Assembly (NCBI GenBank): GCA_963667015.2
Contig: CAXXJJ010000004.1
Coordinates: forward strand, 2,304,001 to 2,368,000
From: Desulfatiglandales bacterium
GTDB lineage: Bacteria; Desulfobacterota; DSM-4660; Desulfatiglandales; HGW-15
Direction of reading: 5' to 3'
DNA: 64,000 bases
Below the pieces are notes generated by a model, which saw nothing but the letters and a program-made list of their open reading frames with translations, had not been told where the DNA came from and did not search any database. Within the stretch, counting starts at the first letter, position 1, and the number at the start of each line of letters is the position of its first letter. The translations under genes were made by a program, and so were the position numbers. Below are positions 8,834-18,515 of this stretch, in pieces.

Positions 8834-8971
8834 CCATGCAATACGACCTTCATTTCTACAGGCAATATCGTCCTGATCCTGTCCCTGAAGCCTGCACTGT
8901 TACCGATCGGGCTGAAACCCTAAAATCAAATAAAATTACAATTAATCCATAAACGATAAACAAGGATAAAG

Positions 8972-10648
8972 ATGGAGAAAGTTATATTTCAGGCACTGGG
9001 CGGGCTTGGTATGTTCCTTTTCGGTATGAAGATTATGTCCGAGGGGCTTCAGAAAGTCGCAGGCAAAAAGCTTAGACAAATATTAAAAATGGTATCAAAC
9101 AACCGCTTTGTCGGCTGCAGTGTCGGAGCAATTATTACAAGTATAATTCAGAGTTCAAGTGCAACTACAGTAATGCTGGTAGGCTTTGCTGATGCAGGCC
9201 TCATGACTTTAACCCAGGCAGTAGGTGTCATACTAGGGGCAAATATAGGTACGACTATAACAGCCCAGTTAATCGCCTTTAAAATAACTGCATATGCGCT
9301 TCCTGCGATTGCACTGGGAGTGCTGCTCAAATTTTTTATCGGACGCCAGAAATGGATTTATATCGGAGATGTACTCCTCGGGTTCGGCCTTGTATTTTAT
9401 GGTCTTTCAGTTATGAAGACCGGGTTCTCGCCCCTCTCGGAAGATCCGTTATTTAAATCCTTTTTCATGAGTTTCCAGGCAGACACAATTGGAGGTATCT
9501 CACTTTGTGTCCTTGTGGGTGCAGTGCTTACAATGATTTTACAGAGCTCAAGCGCAACCGTTGGCATAACAATGGGACTGGCTGTGCTGGGATTGATTAA
9601 TTTTGAAACCAGCGTTGCCCTCATACTGGGAGAAAACATAGGCACAACAATAACGGCACAGCTGGCAAGTATTGGCTCCAGTATAAACGCCCGCCGTACA
9701 GCAAATGCCCACACTCTTTTTAATGTCGCAGGTGTAGGTATAATAATTCTGATTTTCCCCTATTTCATCGATATTATTCAGTTTGTTACAGGAACTCTGA
9801 TGCATTATAATGCAGCCGACCTGATAGTTAATGGAGAAAGACCTAACGTTGAGAGATATATAGCCAACTCACATACCCTGTTTAATATTGTAAACGCCGT
9901 AATCTTTCTGTTTCTTCTCCCCTATCTGATAAAAGCAGCCATATGGATTACTCCATGCAAAGACACCGGAGAAGATTTTGAGGAGCTCCGTAAAATAAAA
10001 TATCTCGACACTAAATTCGTTGACACTCCTTCAGTGGCACTGGGCAGGGCAAGGGCTGAAATTATCAGGATGGGTGAAGCTGTTCTGATCATGTATGATG
10101 ATGTTGTTAAATCCGTAAAAAGCAGAAAAATTAAAGAACTTTCAAAATGGCGAAAAAGAGAAGATACGCTTGATAATCTCCAGAGGGAGATAACCCAGTA
10201 CCTCGTAAAGATAATGCAGAAACCCATTATGCCGGAAGAATCAACTGAAATCTCTGCTCTTACAAGAATGACCAATAATTTTGAAAGAGCTGGAGACGAG
10301 GTTGAAAATATAGCGGAGCTGATTGAAGAACTGATTGAACAGAACCTCTATATTTCCGAAGGAGGTATGAATGACTATGATACTATTTCAGCGAAAGTCA
10401 GGGATTTTATAATACTCGTGATAGACGCCATTAAAAATGAAGACAGCAGTATCCTCAAGAAGGCGCTTGAAATTGAAGACCAGATCGACAATATGAGGGA
10501 AAATATGAAGAGTAACCACCTTATGAGGCTCCAGAGCGGAGCCTGTACAGTCGACCCGGGACTTATTCTTGTAGATATGCTTACAGCCTTTGAAAAACTG
10601 GGAGACTTTTGCTTCAACATCGCCCAGGCTGTCGCCGGAACAAAATAA
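8972..10648 (+). CDS. Na+/phosphate cotransporter family protein with C-terminal PhoU-like domain
   Basis: Two QSSSAT repeats, GANIGTT/GENIGTT, hydrophobic segments, PhoU-like ERAGD tail. Confidence 0.92.
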   Translation: MEKVIFQALGGLGMFLFGMKIMSEGLQKVAGKKLRQILKMVSNNRFVGCSVGAIITSIIQSSSATTVMLVGFADAGLMTLTQAVGVILGANIGTTITAQLIAFKITAYALPAIALGVLLKFFIGRQKWIYIGDVLLGFGLVFYGLSVMKTGFSPLSEDPLFKSFFMSFQADTIGGISLCVLVGAVLTMILQSSSATVGITMGLAVLGLINFETSVALILGENIGTTITAQLASIGSSINARRTANAHTLFNVAGVGIIILIFPYFIDIIQFVTGTLMHYNAADLIVNGERPNVERYIANSHTLFNIVNAVIFLFLLPYLIKAAIWITPCKDTGEDFEELRKIKYLDTKFVDTPSVALGRARAEIIRMGEAVLIMYDDVVKSVKSRKIKELSKWRKREDTLDNLQREITQYLVKIMQKPIMPEESTEISALTRMTNNFERAGDEVENIAELIEELIEQNLYISEGGMNDYDTISAKVRDFIILVIDAIKNEDSSILKKALEIEDQIDNMRENMKSNHLMRLQSGACTVDPGLILVDMLTAFEKLGDFCFNIAQAVAGTK

Positions 10649-10663
10649 CACAGGAGTATCAAT

Positions 10664-11479
10664 ATGACACAAAATAAAAGAACAGGATTTCTCGGAGCAG
10701 GCAACATGGCTACCGCATTGATAAAGGGAATTATCGAGAGCGGATTATACAGCCCGGACATGATAAACGCATATGACAATGATTCCGAAAAGCTGAAATC
10801 AATTTATGAAACGTATCATGTTAAAGGCATGCAGACCAACCGTGACCTTGTAAAAGCCTGTAATATTATTATCCTGGCTGTTAAGCCTCAGGTAATGAGT
10901 GATGTGCTGGAAGAAATAAAAGATGATATTACTGAAGGGCATATTGTTATATCCATTGCAGCAGGCATAAAAATAGAAAAAATACAGTCATTTCTGGGAA
11001 AGGATGTTCCGGTAATAAGGGTCATGCCCAATACACCTGCACTCATCCAGAGAGGCGTAAGTGCGGTTGCGGCGGGGGAAGCTGTATCAACTGATCAGAT
11101 GAATACAGCCATTGAGATACTAAAGGCTGTCGGCGTTGCCTTCACTGTAGATGAAAAAATGATGGATGCGGTTACAGCCGTTTCCGGAAGCGGCCCTGGT
11201 TTTGTATTTAAAATAATGGAGTGTTTTGTGGATGCCACCAGGAAACAGGGGTTTGATGAGGAAACCGCAGTAAAAATGGTTGTACAAACCTTCTTAGGGT
11301 CGTCCATGCTTGCTGAAAGCTCAGACCTGTCCCTCTCCGAACTGAGAAAAATGGTTACATCACCCGGAGGCACAACAGAGGCCGGTCTTAATTTTCTTGG
11401 TAGCAATAAGGTAGGCGAATTGATAGACGGAATAATTGTTACGGCAAAGGATAAATCAATAGAACTGGGCAAAAAATAA
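10664..11479 (+). CDS. proC: Pyrroline-5-carboxylate reductase
   Basis: GAGNMA, LAVKPQ, RVMPNTP, SGSGPG, VTSPGGTT. Confidence 0.96.
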   Translation: MTQNKRTGFLGAGNMATALIKGIIESGLYSPDMINAYDNDSEKLKSIYETYHVKGMQTNRDLVKACNIIILAVKPQVMSDVLEEIKDDITEGHIVISIAAGIKIEKIQSFLGKDVPVIRVMPNTPALIQRGVSAVAAGEAVSTDQMNTAIEILKAVGVAFTVDEKMMDAVTAVSGSGPGFVFKIMECFVDATRKQGFDEETAVKMVVQTFLGSSMLAESSDLSLSELRKMVTSPGGTTEAGLNFLGSNKVGELIDGIIVTAKDKSIELGKK

Positions 11480-11481
11480 GA

Positions 11482-11544
11482 GGTCTACGGTGTGCGGTAT
11501 GAGGTTAAAAAAAACCGCAAACCTCAAACCGTGTACCATAAACC
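11482..11544. repeat. Inverted array of degenerate GGTNNNN heptamers between convergent genes
   Basis: ggtctac ggtgtgc ggtatga ggtt ... ccgcaaa cctcaaa ccgtgta ccataaa cc. Confidence 0.65.
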
Positions 11545-11548
11545 GTTT

Positions 11549-12388
11549 TTACTTAGACATCTCAATTCTGGAATTAAGGATAAAGCTCTTCAATATATTT
11601 TCATACTCCTTCCCCCCAACCAGATATGTATCATTATGCCCTGCCCCTTTAACAGGATGAAAATATTTTGGTTCATGTGCTTCAGTAAAAAGCCCCTGTC
11701 CCATTGAAAATGGGACAACCTCATCCCTGTCGCCGTGTATTATAAGCTTTGGAATTGTGATATTTTTTATTTTTTCAAGATTATTGTAATTTGAAGGAAG
11801 TAACGGAGATATTAAACTGAAAAGCCCCATATGTCCCGCCATATGACGGACTGACAGGAACCCGCTTTCAACAACCAGTGATCGGGCGTCCCTTTTAGTG
11901 GCTGTTTCTATAGCTGCTGCAGCCCCAAGGGATCGACCGAGCAGTATAATATCTTCAGGTTTTATCTTCTCATTATTGGCAAGGTAGTCATATGCACAAA
12001 GGGCATCAATATATAAACCCTTTTCAGATGGTTTACCGCTGCTCCTGCCATAACCCCTGTAATCAAAAATAAACACATTAAATTCCATCCCTACAAGCCG
12101 CTGTATATAATCCAGCCGGTGTGAAATATTCCCGGCGTTCCCGTGACAGAAAAGGATAACAGGGTTTCCCTGGGCGGCAGAAAAAAACCAGCCGTGTAAT
12201 AACTGCCCGTCAGGAGTATTCAGGTTAACATCTCTCCATTCAAGTCGATAATCGGCAGGGGAATAACTCATAACTTTTTGAGGGGCGAACACAAAATGTG
12301 CCTCGATATTTTTATAAAAAAGAAAAAATATGATAATCAGAATGAGAACAAATAAAATAATGTACACCACTTTTCCAGACAGTAGCAT
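11549..12388 (-). CDS. Membrane-anchored alpha/beta hydrolase (YfhR/ABHD13-like)
   Basis: N-terminal TM helix, HGNAGNI, DYRGYG, GRSLG nucleophile elbow, HGDRDEVVP, GAGHND. Confidence 0.88.
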   Translation of the reverse strand: MLLSGKVVYIILFVLILIIIFFLFYKNIEAHFVFAPQKVMSYSPADYRLEWRDVNLNTPDGQLLHGWFFSAAQGNPVILFCHGNAGNISHRLDYIQRLVGMEFNVFIFDYRGYGRSSGKPSEKGLYIDALCAYDYLANNEKIKPEDIILLGRSLGAAAAIETATKRDARSLVVESGFLSVRHMAGHMGLFSLISPLLPSNYNNLEKIKNITIPKLIIHGDRDEVVPFSMGQGLFTEAHEPKYFHPVKGAGHNDTYLVGGKEYENILKSFILNSRIEMSK

Positions 12389-12504
12389 GATGCATCCTGT
12401 TTTAAATATTTTTTAATAAATTTAGAAATTCTGTCGAAAGATGAAGTAAAGCATATTTAAATTAAATTCTTTTATTAATACCATATTTTATATTAAAATA
12501 TCAT

Positions 12505-12536
12505 TAAGATATTGCATCCTGACAAGCAATATCTTA
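12505..12536. promoter_or_regulatory. Candidate operator (11-bp inverted repeat, 10-bp spacer)
   Basis: TAAGATATTGC-atcctgacaa-GCAATATCTTA in the divergent intergenic region. Confidence 0.4.
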
Positions 12537-12625
12537 GACTGCATCGATTATTTGTTAAATCCTGCAATTCTAGATTGTAACCTGACAGTCAATGTAACTC
12601 GACTTATTGATAATAGTGAGGGGCT

Positions 12626-14086
12626 ATGGAAGACAAAACCAGGATACTGATTGTTGATTACGAAAAATCTACCAGAGAACTTTACCTTAAAATCTTCAAA
12701 TCAAAAGGTGATCTGCATATTGATGAGGCTGAAAATGGAAGCGAGGCATATAAAAAAATCAAAAAGTCAAAGCCTGATATAGTTTTGTGTGACCTCTATA
12801 TGCCTAAGATTGACGGACTTGAACTGTGTTCAAAAATAAAATCCGATCCGGACCTGGCCAGTATATACTTAATCATCATGAGCTCGGAAATCAGCGAAGA
12901 AGCAAAAATCAAATGTATGAACGAGGGTGCGGATGACTACCTGACAAAGCCCATCAATCGTGATGAATTGATGGCAAGGATAAGAGTAGGACAGAGAATA
13001 AGACAGCTTTTAAAAAGTACTGTCCTTGAAACCCAGAGGATGTTCAATGAAATAGATGTACTTGTGATACAGGATGGGGGCTGTGCACCCGGCTATAACC
13101 CTGTAACAGCCTTCCTTACCTATCATCTTGAAAAGATGGGAAGAGAAGTCTACGCGACAAAAGAAGGCTTTAAATCTCTGGTCGAAAAAAATGAAAATTT
13201 TCTCAGGCTTGTATACGACCCTGATAAATATAAAAAATTTGATCATATCCCGGGGGTGTTTCATGCCGCTCCCCTGTCTGAGTGGAGAGGTGCCTTTCTT
13301 AGAAGCGAAAGATACAAGGAGTTTAAGAATCCGGAGATTCAACAGAAAGCTGCCTCAACCATTAAAAAGAAAAAGGTCAAGGCTATAATTGCCATAGGCG
13401 GGAATGGAACATTCAAAGGCATCCATGAACTTTGCGAACTTATTCCGACATCAATACAGGTTTTTTTCATACCTGTAACAATAGACAGTGATGTAGCCGG
13501 AACAGACTGTATTGGCCAGCACACCGGAGTTGAGGTGGGAGCTGAAAAAATCAGGTGTTACATGGCTGATGCCAGGACACATAAAAGAGTATACATAATT
13601 GAAATGATGGGAGCCAATAGCGGATTTCATGCCCTGCACTCATGCCTTGGTTCAAGGGCGCATCTTGCAGTGCTTCCCAACAGTAAAATCAATCACAGGG
13701 AAGTAGTTAAGGCCATTAACAAAAGGGATGAATGTGTGATTGTTGTTGCAGAGGGTTATAAGAAACACATAAGGGATGCAAATGGTATCCAGGAAAATGC
13801 TGCAGAGCATTTTTACAGGGAACTGAGGGGCACAAAACTCAAGATAAATAAAAAAGTTGTATGCGAACCCTTTTCGAGGGATATAAGAGGAGCAGCACCG
13901 AATAATATGGATATCTCGCTGGCTCAGCGAATGGCCTATAATGTAGCAGCATATCTCAAGGCCGGCACATCCAGGCTTATGCCCGCTGTTCAGTCGGGAA
14001 GAGAATATGCTATTCCTTTTAATGAAATCACTACAGATAATATGAAGGAAGAAGATCTTATGGGTCTTACCAACAGACTCACATGA
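12626..14086 (+). CDS. Response-regulator receiver domain fused to a 6-phosphofructokinase (PfkA) family domain
   Basis: REC: ILIVDYE, LCDLYMP, MSS, YLTKP. PFK-like: DGGCAPGYN, IGGNGT, PVTIDSD, IIEMMG, VVAEG, IRGAAP. Confidence 0.85.
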   Translation: MEDKTRILIVDYEKSTRELYLKIFKSKGDLHIDEAENGSEAYKKIKKSKPDIVLCDLYMPKIDGLELCSKIKSDPDLASIYLIIMSSEISEEAKIKCMNEGADDYLTKPINRDELMARIRVGQRIRQLLKSTVLETQRMFNEIDVLVIQDGGCAPGYNPVTAFLTYHLEKMGREVYATKEGFKSLVEKNENFLRLVYDPDKYKKFDHIPGVFHAAPLSEWRGAFLRSERYKEFKNPEIQQKAASTIKKKKVKAIIAIGGNGTFKGIHELCELIPTSIQVFFIPVTIDSDVAGTDCIGQHTGVEVGAEKIRCYMADARTHKRVYIIEMMGANSGFHALHSCLGSRAHLAVLPNSKINHREVVKAINKRDECVIVVAEGYKKHIRDANGIQENAAEHFYRELRGTKLKINKKVVCEPFSRDIRGAAPNNMDISLAQRMAYNVAAYLKAGTSRLMPAVQSGREYAIPFNEITTDNMKEEDLMGLTNRLT

Positions 14087-14123
14087 TAACTTTGATTAAC
14101 ACTAAACAAATACGGACTTGAAT

Positions 14124-15350
14124 ATGCCTGTTTATGAATATTCAGCACTCGACGAAAAAGGGAAACGCACCAAAGGAATAATCGATGCAGACAGCCCACA
14201 GGCTGCACGGAACAAACTGAGAAATTCCGGGCTCTTTCCTGTTAAGATAAAGGAATCGTCATCCAGAATCAAATCCCAGACAACCGGAGGGGCATCCCTG
14301 GGCACGCTGCTAGGTCGAATAAGGGCCAGTGAAATATCAACCATGACGAGACAGCTGGCAACATTGATGGGAGCAGGCATCACACTTGTAGCATCTCTTG
14401 AACTCCTGATTACACAGGAAGTAAATCCCTTGCTTAAAAAAATTCTTGCCCAGGTAAAGGAGTCGGTAAATGAGGGTAACAGCCTTGCATCCTCACTTTC
14501 ACAGCATTCAAAATATTTTTCTCAGATATACATAAACATGGTTACAGCGGGAGAGGCATCAGGTTCTCTGGATCTGGTTCTTGAACGCCTGGCCGAATTC
14601 AGTGAAAAACAGGAGGCAATAAAGGGAAAGGTCATCGCCGCCATTGCTTATCCACTTATAACGCTCTGCATTGGTGTCCTTGCCCTTCTTCTCCTTGTTA
14701 CTTTTGTGGTACCCAAATTTGTGGCGGTGTTCGAAGAAATGGAAAAGGCACTTCCTTTGCCAACCCAGATAGTAATTGGTGCCAGCAATTTCCTGCAGTC
14801 ATTCTGGTGGCTGCTTATTCTGATAGTGATTTCATTATTTGTGTTATTCAGATATTTAAAAACAAAAGAAAATTTTATACGCAGGTGGGACGAATTCAAA
14901 TTAAAGGCCCCTGTTTTTGGTCTCGTAATCAACAAAATGATTATTGCCAGGTTCGGAAGGACCCTTGGCAGCCTTCTTCAGAGTGGCGTAAATTTGATCT
15001 CCGCCCTGCAGATTGTACGCAATGTTGTAAACAATATAATAATAGCAGAGGTTATCGACAATGCTATAGATCAGATAAAAGAGGGAATATCACTTTCTGA
15101 ACCACTTTCAAAAAGCAGGGTTATTCCGCCTGTTGTTGTCCAGATGATTTCCGTCGGTGAACAGAGCGGAGAAATGGAAAAAATGCTGAACAAGGTGGCC
15201 GATATCTATGAACAGGAAGTTGACTCTCAGGTGGCAACAATGACATCCCTTCTTGAACCTTTTATGTTGCTTGGCATGGCTGTTATTGTTGGATTTATCG
15301 CATTTTCAATACTTCAACCGATTCTGGAAATGAGCCAGATTGTACATTAG
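14124..15350 (+). CDS. gspF: Type II secretion inner-membrane platform protein F
   Basis: MPVYEY..D..GK, TRQLATL..AG, AGEASG.L, VGEQSG, LLEP. Confidence 0.93.
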   Translation: MPVYEYSALDEKGKRTKGIIDADSPQAARNKLRNSGLFPVKIKESSSRIKSQTTGGASLGTLLGRIRASEISTMTRQLATLMGAGITLVASLELLITQEVNPLLKKILAQVKESVNEGNSLASSLSQHSKYFSQIYINMVTAGEASGSLDLVLERLAEFSEKQEAIKGKVIAAIAYPLITLCIGVLALLLLVTFVVPKFVAVFEEMEKALPLPTQIVIGASNFLQSFWWLLILIVISLFVLFRYLKTKENFIRRWDEFKLKAPVFGLVINKMIIARFGRTLGSLLQSGVNLISALQIVRNVVNNIIIAEVIDNAIDQIKEGISLSEPLSKSRVIPPVVVQMISVGEQSGEMEKMLNKVADIYEQEVDSQVATMTSLLEPFMLLGMAVIVGFIAFSILQPILEMSQIVH

Positions 15351-15372
15351 AAAAATAAATTGAGGAGGAAAC

Positions 15373-15822
15373 ATGTTTTATAAAAACAATAATAGAGAAA
15401 GAGGCTTTACCCTGATCGAAATGATGGTTGTCATTATCATCCTTGGTATCCTGTCAAGCATTGTTGCAGTCAATATCATTGGAAATACCGAAGATGCAAA
15501 AAGAACCGCGGCAAAGACCCAGATAGAAACCTTCAGAACCGGACTCGATCTGTACAGGCTTAACAATGGATATTATCCCAGTACCGAACAGGGACTCCAG
15601 GCTCTGGTAACAAAACCGGAGGTTGGAAAGCTGCCCAGGAAATGGAAAGAGGGCGGATACATCTCCAAAATTCCTAAAGATCCCTGGGGCGGCGAATATG
15701 TTTACCTCTCTCCCGGGCTGAACGGAGAAGAATTCACTATAAGTTCATACGGTAATGACAACGAACCCGGTGGGGAAGGAAAAGACGCGGATGTCAACAG
15801 CTGGGAAAACGATCAACCATAA
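15373..15822 (+). CDS. gspG: Type II secretion major pseudopilin G
   Basis: GFTLIEMMVV prepilin motif, YPSTEQGLQAL, PKDPWG, SYG.D..PGGEG..AD. Confidence 0.95.
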   Translation: MFYKNNNRERGFTLIEMMVVIIILGILSSIVAVNIIGNTEDAKRTAAKTQIETFRTGLDLYRLNNGYYPSTEQGLQALVTKPEVGKLPRKWKEGGYISKIPKDPWGGEYVYLSPGLNGEEFTISSYGNDNEPGGEGKDADVNSWENDQP

Positions 15823-16357
15823 TAGACGAAAATTAGGCAGTGAAAAATCAGGGGGTTTCACCCTGATAGAATTGACGATTGTTATCTTTCTTGCAGGACT
15901 CATGCTTTCGATTACATTGCCGATTGTAAGAGACACGCTTCTGCATGACAATCTCAAGACTGCATCCAGAAAACTGGTTGCAACAATTACCTGGCTGAGA
16001 AACAAGTCTGTCAGTGAATACAGGGACTATGCACTGTTGTTTGACATTGAGAAAGGTAAATGCTGGCATGAAACATCCGGTATGGGTGAGGCTGAACTGC
16101 TTACTGTAAGAGACCAGGCATTCATTCTACCGGAAGATGTTCGAATTATTGATATAGATCAATATAACCTGGATAAAAAAGTGGATGGAGAGGTCGCACT
16201 AAAATTCAGCAGAAAAGGATACGTAAGTTATACATTGATACATCTTGGAGATAATAGTGAGAGAAAATTCACGCTGGTTCTGGAGCCTTTTCTTGGAAAA
16301 ATAAAAATAATGGAGGATTATCTGGATTTTGAAGATGTTGCATCACAGGATACTTAA
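15791..16357 (+). CDS. gspH: Minor pseudopilin H-like
   Basis: GGFTLIEL prepilin motif and position after gspG; start uncertain. Confidence 0.75.
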   Translation: MSTAGKTINHNRRKLGSEKSGGFTLIELTIVIFLAGLMLSITLPIVRDTLLHDNLKTASRKLVATITWLRNKSVSEYRDYALLFDIEKGKCWHETSGMGEAELLTVRDQAFILPEDVRIIDIDQYNLDKKVDGEVALKFSRKGYVSYTLIHLGDNSERKFTLVLEPFLGKIKIMEDYLDFEDVASQDT

Positions 16358-16733
16358 TAAAAAAGGATTCACCCTCATGGAGGTAATGTTTGCACTTGCC
16401 CTCATCGGCATTTCACTCACTACTCTCCTTGCATCTCAATCCCAGGGATTGAATCTGGCTAACGAGGCAAAATTTTATACTACTGCCGCCTTTCTTGCCC
16501 AGGGGAAGATGGCTGAACTGGAAATAACAGAAGCAAACGACCTGACGTCTGATTCGGGTGAGTTTGATGATGAGCTGTATCCGGAGTACTCCTGGGAAGT
16601 TGAAATAGATAATAATTCAACACCTATGCTGGAAGCGTATACTGATTATTTTAAACAGATCGACCTGCATATTTATTTTGGAAAAAACCGAATTTATCAA
16701 TATGATCTCAGATTATACAAATATATACAATAG
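16335..16733 (+). CDS. gspI: Minor pseudopilin I-like
   Basis: KGFTLMEVMFAL, A..LAQ.KMAE, position; start uncertain. Confidence 0.78.
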   Translation: MLHHRILNKKGFTLMEVMFALALIGISLTTLLASQSQGLNLANEAKFYTTAAFLAQGKMAELEITEANDLTSDSGEFDDELYPEYSWEVEIDNNSTPMLEAYTDYFKQIDLHIYFGKNRIYQYDLRLYKYIQ

Positions 16734-17394
16734 TCGCAAAAAACAGTCGGGTTTTACCCTTCTGGAGATAATAGTCGCACTTTTTATTTTTGCAGTGATA
16801 GCATCCGTTTTATTCCAGGCATATACAGGAACATATCGAAATATCGATGCAGCTGAAACACAGGCAGAAATATATGAGATGGCCAGAACCACGATGATAA
16901 GAATTGTTGAAGATCTTGAGTCGACATATATACCCAAAGACTCTAATGATTCTGAAGACAGTGAAAATACTGCAACATTTACAGGGCAAAGGGATTTTAT
17001 AGAGGGCAGACAGGCTGACCGAATCAGATTTTTTTCTAAATCACATATTGATATAAGTAATTCACTAATAGAGGGAGGGGATGCGAAAATCGCCTACTAT
17101 CCACTGTTAAAGGAAGATGAAAGCATATCACTGTACAGATCAGATACTCCAGGTAATCTTGAATGGCCTGAAGAAAACACAAAGGGATGGATAATCTGTG
17201 AAGGGCTCTATTCCATAGGCTTTACATACACAGATAAAAACGGGGACACCTATGATGACTGGGATGCGTCAGTCTCAAACTCCACAAATAAACTCCCATC
17301 CATTATCCATATTAGACTCGATTTTATTGACAAAGAAGATCCGGAAACACCGATAACCTTTTCCACTGCTGTGGCTATGCCACTGGCCGATTAG
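16702..17394 (+). CDS. gspJ: Minor pseudopilin J-like
   Basis: SGFTLLEIIVAL, W..S...LP near the C-terminus, position; start uncertain. Confidence 0.78.
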   Translation: MISDYTNIYNSRKKQSGFTLLEIIVALFIFAVIASVLFQAYTGTYRNIDAAETQAEIYEMARTTMIRIVEDLESTYIPKDSNDSEDSENTATFTGQRDFIEGRQADRIRFFSKSHIDISNSLIEGGDAKIAYYPLLKEDESISLYRSDTPGNLEWPEENTKGWIICEGLYSIGFTYTDKNGDTYDDWDASVSNSTNKLPSIIHIRLDFIDKEDPETPITFSTAVAMPLAD

Positions 17395-17400
17395 ACGATA

Positions 17401-18378
17401 ATGAAGGAAATACTCTCCAGCAACAGAGGCGTTGCTCTCATAATAACAATACTCATGATAAGTATTATTGTGGTACTCACATTGCAGTTCAACAGTTCAA
17501 TGAGACAAGAATTTCACGGAGCAGTTAACTCCAGGGACAATATCATGCTTGGTTACATAGCCAAGTCAGGATACAATCTTGCGCTTGCTATACTTCGTGA
17601 GGATGATTCGAGCAGCGATTCGCTTAATGATGACTGGGCACTTTTAAGCGGGGCATCATCCCTTTCGGAAAGTCTGTTCGAGTCAGGGATGTTTCATGTA
17701 CAAATAAAAGATCTCTCAGGCAGGATACAGATAAACGAACTGGTAAAACAGGACAACACCTACAACGAGGATCAAAAAGAAATGCTGATGCGGCTTCTTA
17801 ATTCTGGTCTCTTTGAGCTGGAGGAAGAAGAAGCAGAAGATATCATCGATAATATTAAGGACTGGATCGACAGAGATGATGAACCGACTAGATTCGGTTC
17901 GGAAAACTCATACTATCAAACACTTGATAACCCATACTCATGCAGGAACGATAAATTAAGGTCAATCTATGAAATGACACAGATCAGGGGAGTCACAAAA
18001 GAACTGTTTTTCGGCACAGATGAGACACCCGCATTAAAAGATTTCCTCACGGTTTATGGAGACGGAACCGGCAAAATTAATATCAACACTGCAGACCGAA
18101 ATATTATAATGGTTCTAGCCGATGATTTGGATGAGGAAATGATTGATGAGATCATGCAATACCGGAACGATGAAGACAATGACCTGAGCACTGTCCTTTG
18201 GTACAAAGACGCCCTTGGGACGAATGAAGAAATAATCAAGCCGTCTCTTTTGACCGTTAAAAGTTCCTATTTTGAAATTAACTCAAGAGGATTAAGGGAT
18301 TCGGCCGTTAAGGAATTAAGAACTGTCGTAAAAAGAGAAAACAGCAGATTTTCAACATTGTCATATGAGATTATTTAA
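17401..18378 (+). CDS. gspK: Minor pseudopilin K
   Basis: RGVALIITI (no E5), DSLNDDWA, D.SGRI.IN, DWID.D, KININTA. Confidence 0.9.
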   Translation: MKEILSSNRGVALIITILMISIIVVLTLQFNSSMRQEFHGAVNSRDNIMLGYIAKSGYNLALAILREDDSSSDSLNDDWALLSGASSLSESLFESGMFHVQIKDLSGRIQINELVKQDNTYNEDQKEMLMRLLNSGLFELEEEEAEDIIDNIKDWIDRDDEPTRFGSENSYYQTLDNPYSCRNDKLRSIYEMTQIRGVTKELFFGTDETPALKDFLTVYGDGTGKININTADRNIIMVLADDLDEEMIDEIMQYRNDEDNDLSTVLWYKDALGTNEEIIKPSLLTVKSSYFEINSRGLRDSAVKELRTVVKRENSRFSTLSYEII

Positions 18379-18515
18379 GCAATGGGGATATTTATCCGAT
18401 ATAACAGTAAAATATTGTGTTTTTCTAAATATTTATGTATATAAAAGTCTGCTTGTCATAAACCAATTATTGCCTGTATTATATTTGAACATTTATTTAA
18501 TTTCAGGGATAAAGA

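Noticed and set aside
11492..11707. 71-aa plus-strand ORF after proC
   Set aside because: Starts inside the heptamer repeat and overlaps the hydrolase gene antisense; no recognisable features.
12414..12440. TAAT-N15-GTCGAAAG as a sigma-28 promoter
   Set aside because: Too many mismatches for such AT-rich DNA.
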